DNA from: a virus
Taxonomy: Duplodnaviria > Caudoviricetes
IMG/VR virus record: IMGVR_UViG_3300002026_000017
Span: 1 to 64,000 of that record
Direction: 5' to 3' (one strand)
DNA length: 64,000 bases
Positions within the stretch are counted from its first letter, which is position 1. Each line of letters begins with the position of its first letter. The notes under the pieces were generated by a model. It was not told where the DNA came from. It saw only the letters and a list, made by a program, of their open reading frames with translations, and searched no databases. Of the stretch, positions 1 to 9,475 are shown one piece after another. The position numbers were made by a program, and so were the translations under genes.

Positions 1-531
1 ATGAATATATTCTTTTTAGACACAGACATTAAAAAATCAGCTGAATATCACGTAGATAAACACGTTGTAAAACAAAGACTTGAATTAGCACAAATAGCTT
101 GTGTAGCTCATCATTTAATAGGTACAAATCCAGATGTAATTCCTTATAAAAAAACACACGAAAATCATCCTTCAGCTATTTGGACTAGAGAATCATTATC
201 AAATTACAATTATGTTGTTAATTTAGGTATTGCATTATGTGATGAATTAAAATTTAGATTTAATACACCACATCAAAAATGTTACGAAGTATTTGAATGG
301 TTAAATAATAATCAACCAAATATTGAAGATAAAGGTTTAACACGTCCTAAACTTGCAATCAATTTTGATTTATTAACTATTAACAAAACTTTACAATTAG
401 ATGATGAATCTGATTTTGAATGGGCTGTTAAAAATTATAGAAAATATTATGCTGACGGAAAACAACATTTATATTCTTGGAAAAATAGAACTAAACCTGA
501 ATGGTTAATTGAATTGGAAAACAAAAAATAA
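1..531 (+). CDS. Pyrimidine dimer DNA glycosylase / endonuclease V family protein
   Basis: MNIFFLD..AEYHVDKHVVK, PYKKTHENHPSAIW and YRKYY..K..LYSWKNR..PEW motifs typical of the Pyr_excise family. Confidence 0.85.
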   Translation: MNIFFLDTDIKKSAEYHVDKHVVKQRLELAQIACVAHHLIGTNPDVIPYKKTHENHPSAIWTRESLSNYNYVVNLGIALCDELKFRFNTPHQKCYEVFEWLNNNQPNIEDKGLTRPKLAINFDLLTINKTLQLDDESDFEWAVKNYRKYYADGKQHLYSWKNRTKPEWLIELENKK

Positions 532-536
532 TCAAA

Positions 537-1091
537 ATGAAAACAAAATATTACTACATACACGGTTTAGGAAGTTCCAAAAATTCAAGTAAATTTTTAG
601 AATTGAAAAAACAATATCCAAATATTGAATGTTTAGATTGGAAAGAAACAGATAATATGTATTTAAAATTTGAAAGTTGGCTAAGTCAACTTTCAAATGA
701 TTCATTAAATTTCGATAATATATGTATTATCGCTAGTTCAACAGGTTGTAATTTTGCATATCAAATACGTAATTTTTACAAATCATCAACAAAGGAATTT
801 ATTCATTTGGTTTTAATTAATCCATTATTTAATGTTAATTATCTTTCTGATATTAATATAATTCCAAATAAATTAAATAAATTTTTAATGGATATTCGAA
901 AAATAACTGAATCATTAATTTTAATTGGTGCAAAAGATACGATAATTAATCATAATAAATATTTGAATAAGTTTCCATTTGTTAAAAATAATAATCAAAT
1001 AATTGTTGATTATGAATCAACACATAAATTTGAAAACTTAAATTTATATTATGATGAAATTGATAGTTATATAAATAGTTTGAATATTTAA
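537..1091 (+). CDS. Alpha/beta hydrolase, YqiA/UPF0227-like esterase
   Basis: YIHGLGSS oxyanion motif, ASSTG nucleophile elbow, LINP, D..I and H-F-E motifs. Confidence 0.7.
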   Translation: MKTKYYYIHGLGSSKNSSKFLELKKQYPNIECLDWKETDNMYLKFESWLSQLSNDSLNFDNICIIASSTGCNFAYQIRNFYKSSTKEFIHLVLINPLFNVNYLSDINIIPNKLNKFLMDIRKITESLILIGAKDTIINHNKYLNKFPFVKNNNQIIVDYESTHKFENLNLYYDEIDSYINSLNI

Positions 1092-1103
1092 TAATTAAAA
1101 ATC

Positions 1104-1682
1104 ATGGAAAATCTAAAAAACCTAAATGAATCAGTTAAAAATTTGCTTGATACATCATCTAATTCAAGAAAACTTAAAATAAAATATACAGACCAAGTAT
1201 GGGATATTTTACAAGAAGCATATAAATCTCAAGGAGGTATTAAAGGTAATGGTTTCAAAACAAAAGAAGATATGTTAAATATTCCTTTTTGGAAACTTGA
1301 TATTGTTGATGAAAAAGTATTATGTGTTGTTATGTATAAATTTGCTCCAACTGAAACCGAAACTAACATCGGTAATGTTCGTAAATTATGTGCATTGGGT
1401 ATGGTTGTTGATGAATCAAAAGATTTAGCAAGAAAGAAATTGAAAAATATTTTGAAAGATGAATTTTCAAGAAGTATAATGGAGGTTTCAGGATTATTTG
1501 AATCTTATTTAATTAAGAATTTTCCTGAAAGTTATGAAAAAAATTTAATTCCTGTTGATATTGTAAAACAAATATTATTTCTTGATGAAATAAAACCAAT
1601 TGATAAATATAGATATTATCGTGATATTGGAGGTGAAGACCATGAAAAAATAATGCTTGGAACTATTAATTTCAAATATTAG
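1104..1682 (+). CDS. Hypothetical phage protein
   Basis: 192-aa ORF, tight packing; N-terminal NLNES motif. Confidence 0.7.
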   Translation: MENLKNLNESVKNLLDTSSNSRKLKIKYTDQVWDILQEAYKSQGGIKGNGFKTKEDMLNIPFWKLDIVDEKVLCVVMYKFAPTETETNIGNVRKLCALGMVVDESKDLARKKLKNILKDEFSRSIMEVSGLFESYLIKNFPESYEKNLIPVDIVKQILFLDEIKPIDKYRYYRDIGGEDHEKIMLGTINFKY

Positions 1683-1709
1683 AAATACTAAAAATAAAAA
1701 ATAATCAAA

Positions 1710-1964
1710 ATGGAAAAAACAATAATAAATCATGAAGAATTATTAAATATTGGATTTCATCTTAGAGGTGTTGAAGAAAATGACCCATATTATAAAATAA
1801 CATTTAAAACACCATTCAAATTTAATATTTCTCATTTAACAGGTGTTTTAGAAAACGGAATATTTTGGTTATATGGAAATAATACAAAATATAATGATAT
1901 TAATGAATTGAAAAAAATTATTGATATTGTAGGTGGTGAAATTTATGAACCAATAAAATTTTAA
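1710..1964 (+). CDS. Hypothetical protein
   Basis: 84-aa ORF in co-directional cluster. Confidence 0.65.
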   Translation: MEKTIINHEELLNIGFHLRGVEENDPYYKITFKTPFKFNISHLTGVLENGIFWLYGNNTKYNDINELKKIIDIVGGEIYEPIKF

Positions 1965-1975
1965 TTTATCATTTA

Positions 1976-2017
1976 GAATAAGAGATTGTCAAAAATATTT
2001 TTGACAATCTCTTATTC
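1976..2017. terminator. Perfect 42-bp palindrome, likely terminator
   Basis: GAATAAGAGATTGTCAAAAAT|ATTTTTGACAATCTCTTATTC, 12 bp after a stop codon and just upstream of a GGATA promoter-like motif. Confidence 0.65.
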
Positions 2018-2030
2018 ATTTCCATATTTA

Positions 2031-2055
2031 CGGATAAATATATTATAACAAATAA
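2031..2055 (+). promoter_or_regulatory. Putative phage promoter, GGATA...TATAACAAA motif
   Basis: CGGATAAATATATTATAACAAATAA ~20 bp before ATG 2074; same motif precedes several other operon starts. Confidence 0.6.
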
Positions 2056-2073
2056 ATTATAATATTAAATATT

Positions 2074-3288
2074 ATGGAAAAAATATCAGAAGTTAAACAA
2101 AGTTTTGTAGTTGGATATTTGAAAGAAAAAAATGCTGTTGAAATTCAAGAAATTGTATTTAATAACGGACATAAAGTAAAATATGTTTCAGGTCAAGAAA
2201 AAAATTATCCAAAAGATAAAGAAGTTTTTGTTTATTTATCTAAGGGAATTTTACCAATATTTACAACAAAAGAAATTAAAGAAACTTTTATTTCATCTAG
2301 AGAAACAACTCATACTCTTTGGGGTGTAGAAGATGGTGAAATATTAAAACCAATCAATAATTCAGATATTGATAACGGAATTTTATTTGAAAGTTCAAAT
2401 GATAATGAAGATGGAACATATCCATTAATTATGCACTATGTTAGTCTCTTTAATAAAATGGATAAAGATGGTGTTTCAGCTTGGTTAAATAGAATAAGTA
2501 ATAAAAATAAATTAGATATTGATTATGGGGTTTGTCGTATTGTTCGTGATTTAATATATGATTCAAAAGCTAAATTAATTTTTAAAGAACCTGTTGAAAT
2601 ATTACTTACAACTATTGGTGATAGACAAATCATAGAAAAAGTTACTGAAATTGAAGGTGAATTTACATTTGATTGGTATTGGACTAAAAATGGTCGTCAA
2701 AAAGAAATAAGATTCTCACCAAAATTTTTTATTGATAAAACAATAAAAACAGAACTAGTAAGTATCGGAATTAAACCAAAAACAGGGGAACAAATTATTT
2801 ATTCACATAAAAAACCATTAAGTAAAATTCAATACGATTCTAAAACAGGTGAAGAAATTGTTTGGGTTAGATTATATGATTATGAAGATTATGAAGTTTC
2901 TAATTTTGGTGTTATTCGTTCAATAGAAAGAAGTAAATATAATTCAGCAGGGGTTTTATGTAACTATCCAAGTACGGAATTAAAACCAAGAGCAACTAAG
3001 AAATCACCAAATTTATTTATTGAAGTAAATTTAGGATTTGATGATTGGAGTAACAAATTACGTAAAACTATTTATTTACAAAAAGCTGTTGCTGACCATT
3101 TTATTTTAAAACCAATTGAAAATTCAGAATGTGAAAATTCATATGAATTTTCACATAATATAAGTGGTGATTATACCGATAATTCATATCATAATATCAA
3201 ATGGGTTACAAAAGAAGAATTAATAATATTGGAACAAAAAACCAAACTTAAAAATGGTACTATAAGATTTTCATCAAAAATAAAATAA
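2074..3288 (+). CDS. Hypothetical protein with C-terminal NUMOD4 / degenerate HNH region
   Basis: WVRLYDYEDYEVSNFGVIRS (NUMOD4-like), then LQKAVADHF and HNISGDYTDNSYHNIKWVT (HNH-like). Confidence 0.65.
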   Translation: MEKISEVKQSFVVGYLKEKNAVEIQEIVFNNGHKVKYVSGQEKNYPKDKEVFVYLSKGILPIFTTKEIKETFISSRETTHTLWGVEDGEILKPINNSDIDNGILFESSNDNEDGTYPLIMHYVSLFNKMDKDGVSAWLNRISNKNKLDIDYGVCRIVRDLIYDSKAKLIFKEPVEILLTTIGDRQIIEKVTEIEGEFTFDWYWTKNGRQKEIRFSPKFFIDKTIKTELVSIGIKPKTGEQIIYSHKKPLSKIQYDSKTGEEIVWVRLYDYEDYEVSNFGVIRSIERSKYNSAGVLCNYPSTELKPRATKKSPNLFIEVNLGFDDWSNKLRKTIYLQKAVADHFILKPIENSECENSYEFSHNISGDYTDNSYHNIKWVTKEELIILEQKTKLKNGTIRFSSKIK

Positions 3289-3290
3289 TC

Positions 3291-3692
3291 ATGGGAAATA
3301 ATTATGAAACTTCACGTTTATTAATTCATAAATTTAATGAATTATATGAAAAATCAAAAAAAGATTGGAAATTCAAATTTGATTATACAACAATAAATAG
3401 TTTATTTAAGGAATATCAATTTGAATTTAAAATAAATTTCAATATAAATGATAAGGAAATTGAGAAAATCAAAAATGAATTAAATATTCTAAATTTAGAA
3501 TATAAAGAAATTGAAGAACAACAAAATAAAGATGGTTTATTAACTAATTCAGAAATGGATAAATTTATTTATAAATCATGGGAAGACTATATATCTATTG
3601 CTCCATTTTTATATGGAACATTAAGTGAAAAAGAAGTAGGTAGTAAGAGAAAATTAATTCAAGATTCTATTGAATTTTATAAAAACAAATAA
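3291..3692 (+). CDS. Hypothetical protein
   Basis: 133-aa ORF with 2-bp spacing to neighbours. Confidence 0.7.
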   Translation: MGNNYETSRLLIHKFNELYEKSKKDWKFKFDYTTINSLFKEYQFEFKINFNINDKEIEKIKNELNILNLEYKEIEEQQNKDGLLTNSEMDKFIYKSWEDYISIAPFLYGTLSEKEVGSKRKLIQDSIEFYKNK

Positions 3693-3694
3693 TT

Positions 3695-4312
3695 ATGAAA
3701 ACACAAGAATACGTTAAAAAATATAAACTTAATGAATCTGATAAATTTAATCATTCAGAATTTGTATCTGATTTAGCAAATGATTTTGTTGTTCTTTTAG
3801 AACTTAATAAAGCTGAAGATAATATTAAAGGGTTTGAAAATGCTCAAAGAGCTATTAGAATGAAATTTGATGCAATCAATAATAAAACTGTTGGTCAATT
3901 AGGTGAAAAACTTTGGGGTTATTTCTTTGCAACTGTTGTTGTTAAATTACGTGAAGAACTATGTCCAAAAGATATGCAAAAAAGACGTGAAATTAATGAA
4001 CAAAAGAAAAAAGATTGGGAACAAAGAAAAAAAAGATATGAATGGGAACAACAAGAATTTGGTAATTATTTTAGACAATCTTTTTTCAATAGTTTTTTAA
4101 GTTCATTATTTAAAAGACAATCAGCTCCATTAGAAAGTTTTAAACAATTAGGATTTGATGATGATAATATTGAAATTGATGAAATTAATAAAGCTTATCG
4201 TAAATTGGCTATTAAACATCATCCTGATAAAGGAGGTAAACAAGAAGATTTCATTTCAATAACAGAAGCTAAAAACAAATGTTTACAATGGTTGGAATCT
4301 AAAAACAAATAA
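3695..4312 (+). CDS. J-domain (DnaJ-like) protein
   Basis: C-terminal INKAYRKLAIKHHPDKGG..EDFISITEA with intact HPD motif. Confidence 0.85.
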   Translation: MKTQEYVKKYKLNESDKFNHSEFVSDLANDFVVLLELNKAEDNIKGFENAQRAIRMKFDAINNKTVGQLGEKLWGYFFATVVVKLREELCPKDMQKRREINEQKKKDWEQRKKRYEWEQQEFGNYFRQSFFNSFLSSLFKRQSAPLESFKQLGFDDDNIEIDEINKAYRKLAIKHHPDKGGKQEDFISITEAKNKCLQWLESKNK

Positions 4313-4314
4313 TT

Positions 4315-4824
4315 ATGAAAAAACATAATTTAGGTAGATTATGGTTTCCCAAGTTAATTAATCTTTGGGGATTCATATCAGCATATATAATATTTGATTT
4401 CAGATTAAAAACATCTGATAAATTTTTTGTTTGTGAAATTTTAAGTATTGGTGATGATGCTCGTGTACATACTTCATTATTTAGAATAGATATTGAATGG
4501 AATGAATATTTTGAAATCAATTTTAATTTGTTATATTTATTTCATTTAAGATATGAATATTATAATGAATCAGATATACACGGAAAAATATATAATATTT
4601 TAGAAGAAAGTGTATATTACAAAAATTATTGTAATAGTAAAATGGATTTTAAATGGTTAAAAATTCATCAACATAAATCTATTGGCATAAATAAATATAT
4701 TGAAATTAGATTTGGAGGAGACCTTTCTAAATCTGAATTGGATTCAATGTTAAAAATTTATGGTATTATTAAATTCAAAACAAAACAAATTGATGAAAAT
4801 CATTTTAAAATTTATAATTATTAA
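4315..4824 (+). CDS. Hypothetical protein, paralog of 5118..5453
   Basis: N-terminus MKKHNLGRLWFPKLIN shared with downstream ORF. Confidence 0.65.
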   Translation: MKKHNLGRLWFPKLINLWGFISAYIIFDFRLKTSDKFFVCEILSIGDDARVHTSLFRIDIEWNEYFEINFNLLYLFHLRYEYYNESDIHGKIYNILEESVYYKNYCNSKMDFKWLKIHQHKSIGINKYIEIRFGGDLSKSELDSMLKIYGIIKFKTKQIDENHFKIYNY

Positions 4825-4841
4825 CAAAAAACACAAATATC

Positions 4842-5115
4842 ATGAAAACAGAAAGTCAATTATTACAGGAATTTAAAAATAAATATCCTTCAGTTAATTC
4901 AGGAGATTTACAAGCATTATTTTTTGGATAATGAAAATGTGCCAAATTTTATTAAATCATGTATATTTCAAGATGAATATGAAGCTTCAATGGTTTATGG
5001 TTTATGGTTACAATTTTCTAAAAATAAAAATGTTAACGAAATAAATTTAGATGAATTTAGTATGGTTATGAAAAGTTGTTTCCGTATTGTTAATGTTAAA
5101 TCTAATTGGAAATAA
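4842..5115 (+). pseudogene. Possibly frameshifted hypothetical gene (29-aa ORF 4842..4931 plus overlapping frame 4924..5115)
   Basis: ATG 4842 has the same leader (ACAAAAACACAAATATCATG) as gene 5936 but stops after a T6 run (4920-4925); removing one T gives a continuous ~90-aa ORF. Confidence 0.4.
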
Positions 5116-5117
5116 TT

Positions 5118-5453
5118 ATGAAAAAATTTAATTTAGGGAAATTATGGTTTCCAAAGTTAATTAATATCGTAAAAAATATTCATCAATATATGATTATTGA
5201 ATTTATATTATCACGAGAAGATGAATTTATATCAATAAAATTGTTAGGTATAAATGGTCTTAATAATATGAATCAAGAATTTGGAGAATCATCATTATTT
5301 TCATTTTTAATAAGTTGGAATAGAAATTCAATTTTGATTGAACTGAATTTATTTTTCATATTACATTTGAAATATATTTATGAAAAATACAAAAATAAAT
5401 TTATTTTTGATATTGAAACTGATGCTAAACAGCTATGGAATTTTAAAAAATAA
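5118..5453 (+). CDS. Hypothetical protein, paralog of 4315..4824
   Basis: MKKFNLGKLWFPKLIN N-terminus; start refined to ATG 5118. Confidence 0.65.
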   Translation: MKKFNLGKLWFPKLINIVKNIHQYMIIEFILSREDEFISIKLLGINGLNNMNQEFGESSLFSFLISWNRNSILIELNLFFILHLKYIYEKYKNKFIFDIETDAKQLWNFKK

Positions 5454-5458
5454 AAAAT

Positions 5459-5905
5459 ATGAATATATTTGAAAACCTTTTAGCTTATGATTTTGAAAGA
5501 AATCAAATTTGTACTGTTTATAAAATAAACACTGAAAAAAATCATGAACAATATGGTTCCGTTTTAATGAATAACGAACATGTTACATTTTCAAAAAATC
5601 ATTTATTGAAAGAATGTATTATTCTTCAATGGACAGGACAAAGAGATTCAGAAAAAGAATTGATATATTCTGATGATTTATTAGAAGATGAAAAAACAAT
5701 TTATCGTGTTGAATGGAATCAACAACAAACTTGTTGGTGGTTAAAACCTGTTAAGATTAAAAAACCAAATATTGAAGATTTAACAGATAATTTTCTTGAA
5801 TGGGTTATATACAATCAACAATTAGGTAATGGTTATTTTTCAAGAAAAGATTTGAAAAAAATCGGTAATTATTTAGTTGACAAAGATAAATTTGAATTAA
5901 TATAA
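5459..5905 (+). CDS. YopX-like protein
   Basis: ILQWTGQRDSEKELIYSDDLL resembles the YopX QYTGLKDKNGKEIYEGDI motif. Confidence 0.6.
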   Translation: MNIFENLLAYDFERNQICTVYKINTEKNHEQYGSVLMNNEHVTFSKNHLLKECIILQWTGQRDSEKELIYSDDLLEDEKTIYRVEWNQQQTCWWLKPVKIKKPNIEDLTDNFLEWVIYNQQLGNGYFSRKDLKKIGNYLVDKDKFELI

Positions 5906-5935
5906 AAATCATAAAATAACAAAAACACAAATATC

Positions 5936-6247
5936 ATGTTTAAACAAATAATAGAATGGTCACAAGGAAATCCAGGAGCAATGACATTTTTAATGGAACT
6001 TATTAAACCTGAAAATGCTATTTTCGGACTTCAAATAATAACAAAATTAGAAAAAGCAAAATCAATTAGAGGTACAAATTTATATGTATTGTGGTCTGAT
6101 TTATGTGATAAAGATTTGGCAAAAGTATCTTTATTATGTAAAATTTGTCCTATCGATATATTAGAAGATGCTTGTAACAGACAAGATTATTCAGGCCGTA
6201 AATTAGTTGAATCTTATTTTTATAATCATGAAAAAACCAACAAATGA
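5936..6247 (+). CDS. Hypothetical protein
   Basis: 103-aa ORF, good leader. Confidence 0.7.
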   Translation: MFKQIIEWSQGNPGAMTFLMELIKPENAIFGLQIITKLEKAKSIRGTNLYVLWSDLCDKDLAKVSLLCKICPIDILEDACNRQDYSGRKLVESYFYNHEKTNK

Positions 6248-6737
6248 ACAATGGCAATTTATAATGAAATTGATACTAGAAAACCCACATAATCCAATTT
6301 ATATTGGGGATGAATTTGGTGAATATTTTTTCGAAGAATTTTTAAATTGTTTACCACCTTTAATTAATGGTGTTGATTATGTTTTATGTTCTAACCTACA
6401 TTCTACTGTTCTTGATGTTGAAATTTTTATTGGTATTTATGGAAATCATAATACTTGGTTTGGAATTACAACAGATAAACAGGATTTTCTTGAAATAATA
6501 AAATCAAGAAAAGATTGGAATAATCCTAATAGAACAAGATATTATGGTTTATGTATTGGTGATAAAGTCCAAGTTAAATTTGGAACTAAAATCCAATATG
6601 GTATTGTTAATAACTTTGATTTTACTGATAATAATCGTGTTCAGTTACAAATGGAAGATGGAACATTATCTACTTGGGTAGCGGAACATTGTAAACGTAT
6701 TGAATCAAAAGAAATTGAAATTGAATCCCAACATTAG
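6228..6737 (+). CDS. Hypothetical protein with C-terminal SH3-like beta barrel
   Basis: Start refined to ATG 6228; IGDKVQV..YGIV..RVQLQMEDG pattern. Confidence 0.6.
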   Translation: MKKPTNEQWQFIMKLILENPHNPIYIGDEFGEYFFEEFLNCLPPLINGVDYVLCSNLHSTVLDVEIFIGIYGNHNTWFGITTDKQDFLEIIKSRKDWNNPNRTRYYGLCIGDKVQVKFGTKIQYGIVNNFDFTDNNRVQLQMEDGTLSTWVAEHCKRIESKEIEIESQH

Positions 6738-6798
6738 TTTGTTGGGATTTTTTATTTTCCCAGATATATCATGTTTACTTATTCATTTACTAATTTAT

Positions 6799-6820
6799 GG
6801 ATATAAATATTATAACAAAT
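6799..6820 (+). promoter_or_regulatory. Putative phage promoter (GGATA motif)
   Basis: GGATATAAATATTATAACAAAT 13 bp before ATG 6834. Confidence 0.6.
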
Positions 6821-6833
6821 AATAAATAATATC

Positions 6834-7279
6834 ATGCCAACTCCAATAGTAATTAAAGTATATAGAACCTGGTGTAAAAAATGTTTAGATTTTACTATTC
6901 ATAAATGGTTAAAAATTGATTCTTCAGCTGCTTTATGTTGTGAAGATTGTGGTTCAGAAGAAAATGGTTATAAATCTTCAGAAATTCCTGAAGATAAAAT
7001 TCAACAACAAAGAGTCAGATACAATGAAATGAAACGTAAGAATTTTGAAAAAATGTTTTCAATTTATTCTAACCCATTTAGTCAAAAAAATAATATTTTA
7101 TCTCAAATGTTTTCAGAACCTTCTAATAATTTTGAATATGAGTTAATTGAAGATGATGCAGGACAAAAATATATTATTTTAAAGTTAATAATAATGATAA
7201 ATGTCCTTGTGGTTCAGGTTTGAAATACAAAAAATGTCATTTACAACATTTTAGAAAATATAATATTTCAAAAAATTAA
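6834..7279 (+). CDS. Zinc-ribbon protein with SEC-C motif in the -1 frame (frameshifted)
   Basis: CxxC..CxxC at N-terminus; 0-frame stops at 7223; -1 frame encodes NDKCPCGSGLKYKKCH and stops at 7277-7279; T_TTA_AAG at 7178-7184. Confidence 0.6.
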
Positions 7280-7284
7280 TTCTT

Positions 7285-7563
7285 ATGAATAAAGAAACAA
7301 AACCAAATTTTAAGGATATGATTAAATCGAATCCAGAAAACTTAAACATTTTTTGGAATGAAAGACGTTTAATTATTTTAGCTTTATTGAAAACAAATTT
7401 TGATTTACAAAAAGCATGTGAATTAAATTTCACAAATTTAGATTTGGAAGTATATAGAAAATTAATTCATAGAAAATATAACATTAAATTAAAGGAACTA
7501 AAAAAATACTTCAAACATGAAAAAATATCAAACACCAAAAACACCAACAATACTACTACATAA
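7285..7563 (+). CDS. Possible Fis-type helix-turn-helix protein
   Basis: ERRLIILALLKTNFDLQKACEL...YRKL..KYNI resembles the Fis/HTH_8 pattern. Confidence 0.45.
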   Translation: MNKETKPNFKDMIKSNPENLNIFWNERRLIILALLKTNFDLQKACELNFTNLDLEVYRKLIHRKYNIKLKELKKYFKHEKISNTKNTNNTTT

Positions 7564-8086
7564 TAGTAATACTTTAGAACAAAAAATAATTTCCAATAAA
7601 AAAATATTTTTATTATTATTTGGAATATTAATTTTTGGTTATTATATTGGATTCTTTTGTGGTTCATTAACAAAACATCCAAATATTATTGAAAAATTAG
7701 TTTATACAGATAAGGTTTTGATTCAAAAATATAACGAACCATTTTCCGAAAATTCTTTAAAATTATTACTTAAAAAATTAAAAGTAAATCATTTAGATAT
7801 TGTTTTAAAACAAGCTAAAATAGAATCAGGTAATTTTTCATCAAAAATATTTATTGAAAATAATAATTTATTTGGAATGAAATTGCCTGGAAATAGAATA
7901 ACAACAGCAACAGGTGAAAATTTAAATCATGCAACTTATGATACTTGGCAAGAATCAGTAATAGATTATGCTATTTGGCAATCAACGTTTTTGAAAAATA
8001 AATCAAGACAAGAATATCTTAATTATTTACATAACAATTATGCCGAAAATAAAAAATATGTTTCATTGATAAATAAAATGAAATAA
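7517..8086 (+). CDS. Membrane-anchored glucosaminidase (GH73-like) cell-wall hydrolase
   Basis: N-terminal hydrophobic helix; QAKIESG, NNLFGMK, YDTWQESVIDY and YAENKKY motifs. Confidence 0.8.
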   Translation: MKKYQTPKTPTILLHNSNTLEQKIISNKKIFLLLFGILIFGYYIGFFCGSLTKHPNIIEKLVYTDKVLIQKYNEPFSENSLKLLLKKLKVNHLDIVLKQAKIESGNFSSKIFIENNNLFGMKLPGNRITTATGENLNHATYDTWQESVIDYAIWQSTFLKNKSRQEYLNYLHNNYAENKKYVSLINKMK

Positions 8087-8097
8087 AACAAAACATC

Positions 8098-8667
8098 ATG
8101 AAAATACACAGAATAAATCCGTTAACTAAATTACCAATAATTGTTGATTTAGATATTACTGTAGAACAAATTTTAGACTATTCAGATGGTAAATTGATTC
8201 AAAATGTTTGGTCAAATATGAGTACAGATGAAAGAGAATTTTATCTTTCAGGTGTTCCAATGGGGTTGTTTGAAATTCAATTTGAACGTCATTTTGTTGA
8301 AATATGTTTTGCAAAAGGTTTTAGATGGGAATTATATATTGCTAATTCATTGTTGTCATTAGATGAAACCAAATTAAATATTTTTTGTTATCAATATGAA
8401 AATGATGAATTCGTTAATTTTTCAAGATTAGATTTTGTTATTAATGATGAAAATAAATTTATTATTTATGGTGATATTTTTAAATTTGCTGAACAATTAA
8501 ATACCGATGAAAAATTGATTGAATTTTGTTTAGAATTTCAAAAAACAAAAGCTGAAAGAGAATTGAAATATTCTTTCAATGATATAATATATTGGAGAAA
8601 TAAAATTAATTTCTTTGATTGTTTATTCATTTATATATTTATGGATATATATTATATAACAAATTAA
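8098..8667 (+). CDS. Hypothetical protein
   Basis: 189-aa ORF. Confidence 0.65.
   Translation: MKIHRINPLTKLPIIVDLDITVEQILDYSDGKLIQNVWSNMSTDEREFYLSGVPMGLFEIQFERHFVEICFAKGFRWELYIANSLLSLDETKLNIFCYQYENDEFVNFSRLDFVINDENKFIIYGDIFKFAEQLNTDEKLIEFCLEFQKTKAERELKYSFNDIIYWRNKINFFDCLFIYIFMDIYYITN
8643..8664 (+). promoter_or_regulatory. Putative phage promoter (GGATA motif)
   Basis: GGATATATATTATATAACAAAT before ATG 8680. Confidence 0.55.
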
Positions 8668-8679
8668 AAATAAATTATT

Positions 8680-9273
8680 ATGGAAGATATAAACAAACCA
8701 GCAACAACAAAACAAACTTTCGCGTTAAAATTATCAACCGGTATTGATTATCGGGACCAAAATTTAAGTTTTGAGGAAGCATCAAAAATGATTCAGGAAG
8801 CAAATAAAAAATCTGGTTATCAATCTAAAAAAAAATTTTCTAAAAAAGAAAATATTCCAACAATACTTCAATACTTAGCTTCAAATGAATGTGTTGAAGC
8901 TTTGAAAAAAACTATTTGTAATGAAATTGAAATTAAATCAATTTTAAGTCAACATAAAGAAATTGAAGGAGCTAAAAAATATGTTTTTCTTGGTACTGGA
9001 TGTGGATTCCCAATTATTAATTGGGATAAAAAAAATTCAAGAGCAACCAGAACAATTGAAAAAGCAAAAGAAATTCAGAAAGATATTGATAATTTAGTAT
9101 GTCAATCATTTGACAAAGAAGTTGTTGATTATTTGAAATTTTTAGGTAATTCTATTGAAGCTATTATGACTCAGAATATGAATTATAAATCAACATACGA
9201 CCAATTAATTGTTGATTATTTAGAAAAATATTATCAAATCGAAGGCGTTTATGTTGAAACACGTCTTGATTGA
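8680..9273 (+). CDS. Hypothetical protein
   Basis: 197-aa ORF between promoter motif and terminator. Confidence 0.75.
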   Translation: MEDINKPATTKQTFALKLSTGIDYRDQNLSFEEASKMIQEANKKSGYQSKKKFSKKENIPTILQYLASNECVEALKKTICNEIEIKSILSQHKEIEGAKKYVFLGTGCGFPIINWDKKNSRATRTIEKAKEIQKDIDNLVCQSFDKEVVDYLKFLGNSIEAIMTQNMNYKSTYDQLIVDYLEKYYQIEGVYVETRLD

Positions 9274-9302
9274 TATTTGTGTTTTTTATTTGTTATATTA
9301 AT

Positions 9303-9332
9303 GAAAATAGCTTGAAATTTCAAGCTATTTTC
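9303..9332 (+). terminator. Perfect 30-bp palindrome, likely terminator
   Basis: GAAAATAGCTTGAAA|TTTCAAGCTATTTTC, 30 bp after stop. Confidence 0.7.
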
Positions 9333-9475
9333 TATTATATTTATTAATACACACCAGAATTTTAATTATATAAATTGAATATATCTGAAAAATCCATATA
9401 TCTTGATAATTGTATTGATAAATTGATATATCTAAATATAATCATAATTTTCTGGTGTGTATTGTTTATATGTAA

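Noticed and set aside
3903-4520. Overlapping short ORFs 3903..4100, 4299..4520 and similar 60-75 aa track entries
   Set aside because: Nested in or antisense to better-supported genes, with no motif or leader.
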